Below, in pieces: positions 22,057 through 31,181 of a DNA stretch of 64,000 bases (position 1 is the first letter of the stretch; each line of letters opens with the position of its first letter). The stretch is from NCBI GenBank assembly GCA_963849325.1, contig CAWKHF010000005.1:416001-480000 (forward strand), in the 5' to 3' direction. The stretch is from an uncultured Planctomycetota bacterium. GTDB lineage: Bacteria > Planctomycetota > Planctomycetia > Gemmatales > Gemmataceae. The notes beneath the pieces are model-generated. The model saw only the letters and a list, made by a program, of their open reading frames with translations. It searched no databases and had not been told where the DNA came from. Position numbers and translations under genes: made by a program.

Positions 22057-22128
22057 GGCCCTTTCGCCAAGCGGCTAAGGCAACGGATTGCAAATCCGTC
22101 ATCCCCGGTTCAAATCCGGGAAGGGCCT
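22057..22128 (+). tRNA. tRNA-Cys(GCA), copy 2
   Basis: GGCCCTT/AAGGGCC acceptor stem, ACGGA-TTGCAAA-TCCGT anticodon arm, GGTTCAAATCC T-arm. Confidence 0.95.
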
Positions 22129-22181
22129 CTTCTCCTTTCCCTTCACGCATCGTTCCCCGCGCCGGCCAACGGAGTCATGGT

Positions 22182-23015
22182 ATGAGTGGTTGGCTCAAGT
22201 CCTGTCCCTGCACGCAGGCCCGGCTCGAATCCGAAGCGTTCCAGCGCTGGATTCCGCGGTTCCGCGATCGGCCGCAATTGCATCGCAAGTTGTGGGAATG
22301 GAGTTTCATCAGCCAGGCCCTGTACGAGCGGGACATGCTGCGGCCGGGACGGAGAGGACTGGGCTTCGCCGTCGGACGCGAGCCGCTGGCGTCGCTATTC
22401 GCCATCCACGGCTGCGAGATTGTCGCCACCGACCTTGGCGAGTCCAACGCCCAAAAGGCCGGCTGGACCGATGGTTTGCAGCACGCCGCCGCCCTGGAGG
22501 CGGTCAACGAGCGCGAAATCTGTCCGTGGGAGGACTTTCGTCGCCGCGTCACTTTTCGTCCCGTCGATATGCGGCGCATTCCGCGCGATCTGTGCGGCTT
22601 CGATTTCGTCTGGTCGTCGTGCTCGTTCGAGCACCTCGGCTCGCTGCGCCGCGGCGAGCATTTCATCCACGAGATGACGCGCTGCCTCAAGCCGGGCGGC
22701 GTGGCCGTGCATACCACCGAGATCAACGTGCTGTCCAACACGCACACCATCGACCACACCAACGCCGTCGCCTACCGCCGCCGCGATCTCGAACGCATGG
22801 CCGACCGCCTGCGCCGCGCCGGCCACGGCATCGAGTTGGACTTCGACTTCGGTTCCCAGCTCGCCGATTGGTTCGTCTCGCGGCCGCCTTATAAGGATGG
22901 CCCTCATCTCAAATTGCAACTGGGCGAATACGTGTGTACATCCTATGGGCTGATTATCGAAATCGGCCATCGTCGCTCGGTATTCGACCGTCTGCTCGGG
23001 CGCCGCGCTGCCTGA
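22182..23015 (+). CDS. Class I SAM-dependent methyltransferase
   Basis: GLGFAVGREP, VATDL, VDMR, FDFVWSSCSFEHLGS, LKPGG. Confidence 0.85.
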   Translation: MSGWLKSCPCTQARLESEAFQRWIPRFRDRPQLHRKLWEWSFISQALYERDMLRPGRRGLGFAVGREPLASLFAIHGCEIVATDLGESNAQKAGWTDGLQHAAALEAVNEREICPWEDFRRRVTFRPVDMRRIPRDLCGFDFVWSSCSFEHLGSLRRGEHFIHEMTRCLKPGGVAVHTTEINVLSNTHTIDHTNAVAYRRRDLERMADRLRRAGHGIELDFDFGSQLADWFVSRPPYKDGPHLKLQLGEYVCTSYGLIIEIGHRRSVFDRLLGRRAA

Positions 23016-23033
23016 ACGATTGCGTCGCTTTTA

Positions 23034-23087
23034 TCCGAGCCTGAAGCGTTAGCGAAGAGTGCTCTTCGCTTACGCTTCAGGCTCGGA
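23034..23087. repeat. REP-like palindrome family A, copy 1
   Basis: TCCGAGCCTGAAGCGT(T/A)AGCGAAG-loop-CTTCGCTTACGCTTCAGGCTCGGA; five copies in the window. Confidence 0.9.
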
Positions 23088-23109
23088 AAGAATGTCCCTG
23101 GATCTTGCA

Positions 23110-24638
23110 CTAGGCGGACATCCGCAATCGTAATCCCTTCGGCACCACCAACCTCTCGATCCCCTCGAACAGCGCCTGCACCAGCAGGGCCATCGCCACG
23201 GCGGGGATGGCGCCTTCGAGGATCAGTCGATAATCGTTGCGCATGACGCCATCCATGATCGGTTCGCCGTAGCCGCCGGCGCCGATGAGACCGCCGAGCG
23301 TGGCGTAACCGACGTTGATGACCGCCGCCGTCTGGATGCCGGCCAGGATGGCCCGCGAGGCCAGCGGCAGTTCGATGAGGTACAGGCGCGGCCACGGCAC
23401 CAGTCCCAGCGCCTCGGCCGACTCGCGCAGCGGCAAGGGGATGTCGTGCAGTCCAGTGAAGGTGTTGCGGACGATGGGCAGCAGGCTGTACAGAAACAAC
23501 GCCGCGATGGCCGGCAGCGGTCCAATGCGGTTCAGCAGCACCAGCAGCAGTACCAGCAGGGCCAGGGCGGGAATGGTCTGCACGATGCCGATGGCCGCCA
23601 GCAGGACGTGGCCCAGGCGCGGCCGCCGTGCCGCCGCGACGCCCAGCGGCACCGCCGCGACAATCGCCAGCGCCAGCGACACGGACACCAGCACCAAATG
23701 TTGCCACGTCCGCAGCAGCACGCGCTCCGCCAGCGATTCGTCGCTCGCCTCGACGGACGAACCGACCGATTCGCTCAGGAACGCCGCCGCCGTCTGCCGT
23801 ACCGGCTTCTTCTCGATCACGACATGGGCATTGAGGTCGATCATCGCCTCTTCGCTGATGGTGCCTTCCAGCCGCAGCAAGTCATCGACCACCTGCGAAG
23901 CGCGGCGGTCCAGGTCGGCACGGTAGAGGATGACCGCGTTGTAGGACGGGAAGAAGTGCCGGTCGTCGGTGAGGACGATCAGGTCGCGCTGGCGGATGAC
24001 GGCATCGGTGGTGTACACGTCCGTGACGTCTAGAGTGCCGGCCGCCAATCCCTCGTAGGCGAGGGCGTGCTCCATACCGTCGCGCGTATCCTGCGGTAAG
24101 TCGTAAAATCTCCGCAGCGCTCGCCAGCCGTCGGGGCGGTCCAGGAACGGGCGCTGAGACCGATCTTCAATTCTCGATACTTTCGGAGGTCCGAAATGGT
24201 GTGTATGCCCAAGTTGCCGGCGCGCTTCCGCGTCATGCCCAGGCCATAGCTGTTGCTGAAGCCCAGCGATCGACTCATGCGCAGTCCGCGCCGCGCCAGC
24301 GCCCGCCGCAGTTTCCCCGGAGTGCCCACGTCCTCGCCGACCAGGAGCTGCTGCGTTAGCGTGCCGGTGTATTCGCAATAGGCGTCGATCTGACCGACGA
24401 GCAGGGCGTTCCACACCTTGCCGGTATCGCCCAGGCTTTGCAAGTCCTCCGTCTCGGCGCCGGCCTCGCGGGTCAGCAGGCGCAGCATCTCGCCGAGGAT
24501 TTGCGATTCGGGGAACGCCTTGGCGCCGATGCGCACCAGGGGTTTGTCGGGCAGTGCCCGCGGCCCGGTGCAGCCGGGCAGCGCCACGGCCAGCACGCCG
24601 AGCCATCCCCAAAGCCGCCGCCCATGTCGGGACATCAC
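23110..24638 (-). CDS. Glycine betaine/osmoprotectant ABC transporter, fused substrate-binding + permease (frameshift near 24155)
   Basis: Lipobox LPGC, GAKAFPESQIL, EYTGT, DVYTTD, QTIPALAL, EAA-loop ESAEALG, IGAGGYG. Confidence 0.9.
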
Positions 24639-24967
24639 GACACCACCACCAGATGCTCAGTCACTCCTGCGGCGACCTTCAACCGATCCTATAGAATAGC
24701 AGACTCCGGGGACAAGGAAGCGCAATACCCGAAACCGGAAACGTCTGTTCACGGAAGCAGGTAGCTTGTGTCGGCCCCCTCCGCTTGCTGCGGCGGCCGC
24801 CCTCTCTTCCCTCTTTGCGTCCGTGGTTGATACTGTATAGAAGGGTAGTGTTTTCGTGTGTTGAAGAAGTCCATGAAATACGGAGAGCACCCGCCGGGCA
24901 TTCCGGCGGCGCGCTGGCCCTGACACACGCATCGGAGTGTGCGTTCTCGAAAGGCGGTGGCGAACTC

Positions 24968-25189
24968 ATGAAGCTAAAAGTCATTCTGTCGCCAGAGGCG
25001 GAGGGGGGGTTTTCCGTGGCGGTGCCGGCGTTGCCGGGCTGCTATACCCAAGGAGAAACGGAGGACGAAGCTCTGGCTAATGCCCGCGAGGCCGCGGAAG
25101 CGTGGTTGGAAGCGAGCAACGACAACGACAGTCCTTTTGGCAACGGCAGTGTCGCCGTCGAAGAAGTCATACGCGAGATCGAGTTGTGA
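24968..25189 (+). CDS. hicB: HicB family antitoxin (short, no DNA-binding domain)
   Basis: EGGFSVAVPALPGCYTQGETEDEALANAREA. Confidence 0.9.
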   Translation: MKLKVILSPEAEGGFSVAVPALPGCYTQGETEDEALANAREAAEAWLEASNDNDSPFGNGSVAVEEVIREIEL

Positions 25190-25389
25190 AAGCGGTCTCC
25201 GGCAGGGAAATGTGCCGCGCCCTGGAGCGGCGGGGCTGGCTCCGGGACCGCATCCGTGGCAGTCATCACGTCTACAAAAACCCATCAGGCGGCCATGTCA
25301 GCGTTCCCGTTCATGGGAACACAACGCTCAAGCCCGGCACACAACGAGCGATTATGCGGGACGCCGGCTTGACCGAAGCGGACCTGTAA
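25186..25389 (+). CDS. hicA: HicA family mRNA interferase toxin
   Basis: LERRGW..RIRGSHHVYK..VPVHG..LKPGT..IMRDAGL. GTGA overlap with hicB. Confidence 0.9.
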   Translation: MKAVSGREMCRALERRGWLRDRIRGSHHVYKNPSGGHVSVPVHGNTTLKPGTQRAIMRDAGLTEADL

Positions 25390-25407
25390 AGCCGTAATAA
25401 TGGACCT

Positions 25408-26165
25408 TCAAGGTTCGCGGGCGTCTCGACTGGGAGTTGGTGATGCCGAGCGTTGAGCGTTGAGGAAGCGCGTCACAAAGTCGCTGGCAGGAGCGCGGAC
25501 GAGGTTATCGAACGTGTCGCGCTGCACGACGCGGCCAGCCTGCATCAAGACCAGCGTATCGCCAAGGAAGCCGGCCTCGCCGAGGTCGTGCGTCACCAGC
25601 ACGACCGTCTTGTGCAGCGCCTGGAAAATGCCGCGCAGATCCACTTGCAAGTCCGAACGAATCAGCGGATCGAGGGCGCCGAGCGGCTCGTCGAGCAAGA
25701 GCAGGGCGGGATCGAGCATGAGGGCGCGCATGAGGCTGACGCGCTGCCGTTGGCCGCCGGACAGCTGCACGGGGTAATGGTCGAGACGGTCGGCGGGGAA
25801 ACGAGTCAGGGCGGTCAGCTCGGCCAGCCGTTCATCGATGCGCCGCGGCCCCAGCCGAGATGGCGGGCCAGCAGCGTGACGTTGCCGCGCGCCGTCAGAT
25901 GAGGGAAGAGTCCGCCGTCCTGGACGACGAAGCCGATGCGGCGACGCATCTGCCGCGAGTTGGCCGGCGTGATGGGGACGCCCTCGAAGGTGACGACGCC
26001 GGCGTCGGGCTGGAGGAGACCGGCCATGAGACGCAGCAGCGTGGACTTGCCGCAGCCGCTGGGGCCGATCAGCACCGTTGTCCGCGCCGGCGCGATGGTT
26101 AGGTCCGTCGGTCCCAGGGCCGGTGTGCCGCCGTAGGACTTGCTGACGCCGATGAGCTGCAACAT
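25408..26165 (-). CDS. Osmoprotectant ABC transporter ATP-binding subunit (frameshift near 25845)
   Basis: GPSGCGKST, QDGGLFPH, LSGGQRQR, LLLDEP, VTHD. Confidence 0.9.
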
Positions 26166-26173
26166 GAGGCATC

Positions 26174-26342
26174 AAGAAAAGAGTCACCACCCAACACACG
26201 GAAAACACGGAAAAAAGACCACCAACATCCATCGAAGGCGAGCGTCAATCTTTTCGTGGTTGGGCGATGATGTCAAGCGAGGAGTTGTCTGGTTTTGTCT
26301 TTTTTCCGTGTTTTCCGTGTGTTCCGTGGTGACTCTTTTCTT
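26174..26342. repeat. Inverted repeat with (ACACGGAAA)n arms, related to the 21076-21261 element
   Basis: aagaaaagagtcaccac..acacggaaaacacggaaaaaagac vs gtcttttttccgtgttttccgtgt..gtggtgactcttttctt. Confidence 0.8.
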
Positions 26343-26485
26343 CCTCCTGTGCTGAATTCACATGCACGCGATGCCGGCAGTCCGGGCAGTGGTCCCAGGC
26401 CGATGCCCGCCGAGGTCACAAGTACCCTCGTATTTACCCTTTTCCCCGCAATTGTTTAGGCCACAATTGGCTCCCTTCTTCCCCT

Positions 26486-26501
26486 TGGCACGGTTGTTGC
26501 T
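26486..26501 (+). promoter_or_regulatory. Sigma54 (-24/-12) promoter upstream of amt
   Basis: TGGCACG-GTTG-TTGCT matches consensus TGGCACG-N4-TTGCW, about 90 bp before the amt start. Confidence 0.85.
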
Positions 26502-26588
26502 AAACGGGGTGCTCATTCGCCGACGATCCTCTCCCCCGATTGTGCTGCGTGCGCGGTGCTTTATCGGTAACGTCGAAGGAGTCAGTCC

Positions 26589-28287
26589 GTGAAGCGTTCC
26601 TCAATTGTGCTGCTGGTTGGCGTTTGGTTACTGCTGGTTGGATCGGTGGTCCGGGCGGAGACGCCCGCGGAGGCGGCGGGGCCAACGGCCCCAGCCGAAG
26701 CGCCCAAGACCGAACCGCCCAAGACCGATTCGGGCGACACGGCCTGGATGCTGACGTCCACCGGCCTGGTCATGCTCATGGTGCCCGGCCTGGCCCTGTT
26801 CTACGGCGGCATGGTCCGCCGCAAGAACGTCCTGGGCACGATGATGCACAGCATGGTCGCCCTGGCCATCATCGGCATCCAGTGGGTGCTGTTCGGCTAC
26901 GCCCTGGCCTTCGGCGACACGCACGGCGGCTGGATCGGCTGGAGTTCCTCGTTGCTCGGTCTGCAGGGCGTCGCTTCCGGCGATCCCTTCCCCGGCACGA
27001 ACATCCCCATCTTCGTCCACTGCATGTACCAGGGCATGTTCGCCATCATCACGCCGGCCCTCATCAGCGGCGCCCTGGCCGAGCGCATCCGCTTCGGGCC
27101 GTACTGCCTGTTCATCCTGCTGTGGGCGACGCTGGTCTATGATCCGCTGGCCCATTGGGTCTGGGCGGTCGACGCCGACGGCAAGCCGGCCGGCTGGCTG
27201 GGCGGCAGATGGGGCGCTCGACTTCGCCGGCGGCACGGTGGTCCACATCGCGGCCGGCTTCTCCGGCCTGGCCGCCATCCTCGTGCTGCGCAAGCGGCTC
27301 GGCTATCCCGAGCACGCCATGCACCCCAACAGCATGGTGCTGACGCTGACCGGCGCCGGCCTGCTGTGGTTCGGCTGGTTCGGCTTCAACGGCGGCAGCG
27401 CCCTGGGCGCCAATCCGCTGGCCGGCTCGGCCCTGACCGCCACGCAGATCGCCGCCGCCGCCGCCGGCGCTGAGCTGGATGCTCGCCGAGTGGGCCGCAT
27501 CGCGGCAAGCCGACCGCCCTGGGCCTGGCCTCCGGCCTCGTCGCCGGCCTGGTCGCCGTGACGCCGGCCTCCGGCTTCGTCCCGCCGCTCGGCGCCCTGT
27601 CCATCGGCCTGCTCGCCGGCGTCGTCTGCTACGTCGTCGTCTGCCTCAAGCCCTTCTTCAAGTACGACGACTCGCTCGATGCCTTCGGCGTCCACGGCGT
27701 CGGCGGCTTCCTCGGCGCCCTGCTGACGGGCGTGTTCTGCGTCAAGGCCATCAACGCCGGACAACGGCGGCCGACTGCCAGGCTGCTCGAGCAGTTCAAG
27801 ACCCAGGGCGTGGCCGCCGTCGTCGCCGTCGGCTTCGCCTTCGTCGTCACCTTCGTCCTGGTCAAGGCTATCGATGCGATCTGGGGCTTCTGCCTGGAAC
27901 CACAGGCGGAGAACGAGGGTCTGGACCGCAACCAGCACGGCGAGGTCGGCTTCGACCTCGAGCCTGGCCTACGAGCAGGTCCCCGAGACGCCGCCGCACG
28001 AGCCGCGGCCGGCCACGGTGCCGCCCAACGGCCAGCGGCGCTTCACCGTCGTCGTCGACGGCGCCCAGCACCGGCGATCTGATTCACACCTGGTCGGAGC
28101 TGTGCCAGAGCGGGCCGCAACCGGCCGCCGGCCGAGTTCCGGGCCGTCTACCCCTTCGTCACCACGGTCCAGGGCAACCGCTTCCACTTCCGCGGCGGCG
28201 ACCCGGCGACCATGCAGCGCCAACCTCGCGCGCCTGTTCGAGGGCCGCTTCAGCGGTCGCAAGATCCAGGCGCGCGTCGAAAGTTGA
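26589..28287 (+). CDS. amtB: Ammonium transporter with signal peptide and C-terminal extension (multiple frameshifts)
   Basis: GDTAWML, PGLALFYGG, FAIITPALISG, DFAGGTVVH, WFGWFGFNGGS, DDSLDAFGVHG, GLDRNQHGE. Confidence 0.92.
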
Positions 28288-28301
28288 TTACTTTCCCACT
28301 G

Positions 28302-28361
28302 GGCGAGCGGGGGCGTCAGCCCCCTGTTGCGCCAACAGGGGGCTGACGCCCTCCGCTCGCC
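28302..28361. repeat. REP-like palindrome between amt and glnK
   Basis: ggcgagcgggggcgtcagcccctgttg / caacagggggctgacgccctccgctcgcc. Confidence 0.8.
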
Positions 28362-28386
28362 TCCTCTCTGCAAGGATATCGAACGG

Positions 28387-28740
28387 ATGAAACTGATCGT
28401 CGCCATCATCCGCCCCGAAAGACTGGAGGCGGTGCAGAAGGCCCTCAACGAGCACGACGTCTACCTGATGACCGTCAGCGACGTGCGCGGCTGCGGCCGG
28501 CAGCGCGGCTACACCGAGGTGTATCGCGGCACCGAGTTCCAGGTGCGGCTGCTGCCCAAGCTGAAACTGGAGATCGCCGTCAACGACGCCTTCGTCGAGG
28601 CCGCCGTCGAGGCCATCGTCCACGCCGCCCGCACGCCCGAGACCGGCCAGGTCGGCGACGGCAAAATCTTCGTCCTGCCGCTGGAAGACTGCGTCCGCAT
28701 CCGCACCGGCGAGCGCGGCAGCGAGGCCATCGGACCGTGA
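28387..28740 (+). CDS. glnK: P-II nitrogen regulatory protein
   Basis: MKLIVAIIRP, GCGRQRG, YRG, LPKLKLE, GDGKIFV, RIRTGERG. Confidence 0.95.
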   Translation: MKLIVAIIRPERLEAVQKALNEHDVYLMTVSDVRGCGRQRGYTEVYRGTEFQVRLLPKLKLEIAVNDAFVEAAVEAIVHAARTPETGQVGDGKIFVLPLEDCVRIRTGERGSEAIGP

Positions 28741-28753
28741 GCGGGCCAAGCCT

Positions 28754-28807
28754 TCCGAGCCTGAAGCGTAAGCGAAGGGCTTTCTTCGCTTACGCTTCAG
28801 GCTCGGA
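28754..28807. repeat. REP-like palindrome family A, copy 2
   Basis: Same arms as 23034-23087. Confidence 0.9.
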
Positions 28808-28925
28808 TCGAAGCCGCAAGCGGCCGTCCCCTACCCGCGATCCCTCTTCCCCCTAGGATTAGGGGGATGTTTTCTCTCGGAAGGAATCCTCCTCTCCACT
28901 TGAAAGGTGTCCGAGTACCAAAGCC

Positions 28926-31110
28926 ATGAGTCACACGAACCTTCGCCAGGCGGCCCTGCGGGCCGTCGCCAGTACCGAGTATCAGCTGCAACGGGTCAAC
29001 TTCACGGAAACGCACATGAAGGACCTGTATGGAGAAAACGTCTTCAGCGAGGCCGTGCAGCGCGAACGGTTGCCCAAGCCGGTCTTCAAGGCGCTCCAGA
29101 AGACCATCAAGCAGGGCGCGCCATTGGACCCGGCCATCGCCGATACGGTGGCCGCCGCCATGAAGGACTGGGCCATCGAGCACGGCGCCACCCACTTCAC
29201 GCACCAGTTCCAGCCGATGACCGGCCTGACCGCCGAGAAGCACGACAGCTTCATGGCGCCGACCGGCGACGGCCGCGCCATCCTCGAATTTTCCGGCAAG
29301 GAGCTGGTGCGCGGCGAACCGGACGCTTCGTCGTTCCCTTCCGGCGGCATCCGCGCCACCTTCGAGGCGCGCGGCTACACCGCCTGGGACCCGACCAGTC
29401 CCGCTTACATCCTCGAAAGCCCCAACGGCGCCACCCTGGTCATTCCCACCGCCTTCCTCAGCTGGACCGGCGAAGCCCTCGACAAGAAGACGCCGTTGTT
29501 GCGCTCGATGGAAGCGCTGTCCAACCAGGCGCTGCGCATCCTGCGCCTGTTCGGCAACAACGAGGCCCACAAGGTCTTCACCACCGTCGGGCCGGAGCAG
29601 GAATACTTCCTCATCGATAAGAACTTCTACTACGCCCGGCCCGACCTGATCAACGCCGGCCGCACGCTGTTCGGCACGACGCCTCCCAAGGGTCAGGAGA
29701 TGGAGGACCAGTATTTCGGCCACATCCCCGAGCGCGTCATCGCCTGCATGGCCGACTGCGAGGCGCAGCTGTTCAAGCTCGCCGTGCCGGTCAAGACGCG
29801 GCACAACGAGGTGGCGCCCAGCCAGTATGAGATCGCGCCGATCTTCGAGGACTCCAACCTCGCCACCGACCACCAGATGCTCGTCATGGAGGTGATGCGC
29901 AAGACGGCGCCGAAGTACGGCCTGGCGTGTCTTCTGCACGAGAAGCCGTTCGCCGGCATCAATGGCTCGGGCAAGCACAACAACTGGTCGATGTCCACCG
30001 ACACCGGCGAAAACCTGCTCAACCCCGGCGACACGCCGCACGACAACGCGCAGTTTTTGGTCTTCTGCGTGGCCGTGCTCCGCGCCGTGGCCAAGTATCC
30101 CGAACTACTGCGCGTCAGCGTCGCCGGCGCGCACAACGACCATCGCCTCGGCGCCAACGAGGCGCCGCCGGCCATTATCTCCGTGTTCCTCGGCGATCAG
30201 CTGCAAGACGTGATCGATCAGCTCGAAAAGGGAGCGGCCAAGTCCACGAAGCAGGGTGGCCACATGGAGATCGGCGTCAGCGTGCTGCCCAAGCTGCCGC
30301 GCGACGCCGGCGACCGCAATCGCACCAGTCCGTTCGCCTTCACCGGCAACAAATTCGAGTTCCGCGCCGTCGGCGGCTCGCAGTCGATCGCCGGACCCAA
30401 CACGGTGCTCAACACCATCGTCGCCGAATCGCTCGATTACATCGCCACCAACCTGGAGAAGGCCAAGGGACAGGGCAAGGACATCAACAAGGCCATCCAG
30501 GACCTGCTGCCGGTCCTCATCAAGGAGAGCAAGAAGGTCATCTTCAACGGCGATAATTACACTCCGGAATGGCATCAAGAGGCCGAGAAGCGCGGCCTGC
30601 CCAACCTGCGCAATACGGTGGACGCCCTGCCGGTCATTCTCCGCAAGGACACCATCGAGTTGTTCGCGAAATATCGCGTCTACAGCGAGCGCGAGTTGCA
30701 CAGCCGCTTAGCCATCCTGGGCGAGAATTACGTCAAGACGGTCAACATCGAGGCGCGTCTGACGAGCATGATGGCGCGGACGATGATCCTGCCGGCGGCG
30801 CTGCGCTACCAGGGCGAGGTGGCTGGCGCCGTCAACGCCACCAAGACGGCCGGCGCCGACAACAGCGCCCAGGTCGATCTGCTCAAGAGTCTGACGGCGA
30901 CCATCACCGAGTTCCAGAAGGCGACCGGCGCTGGACCAGGCGCTGGCGCACCATGCCGAGGGCGACATACTCGCCCACGCCAAGTATTTCCGCGATAGCA
31001 TCCTGCCGTCGATGGCCGCCGTCCGCGCCCTGGGCGACAAGCTGGAGACGATGGTCGCCGACGATCTGTGGCCGCTGCCGACCTACCGCGAGATGCTGTT
31101 CATGAAGTGA
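28926..31110 (+). CDS. glnA: Glutamine synthetase type III (frameshift near 30928)
   Basis: [61 protein letters not shown]-terminal [12 protein letters not shown]. Confidence 0.95.
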
Positions 31111-31181
31111 TTTGTATTACGGAGTGGTCGTGACGCCGCGTGTCACGGCCACTCCGAATCTGTCCGAGGATGCTGCTGGCA

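Noticed and set aside
22057-22128. Second tRNA-Cys as the attR of the island
   Set aside because: It is a full gene with its own compensatory base pairs, not a duplicated 3' fragment of copy 1.
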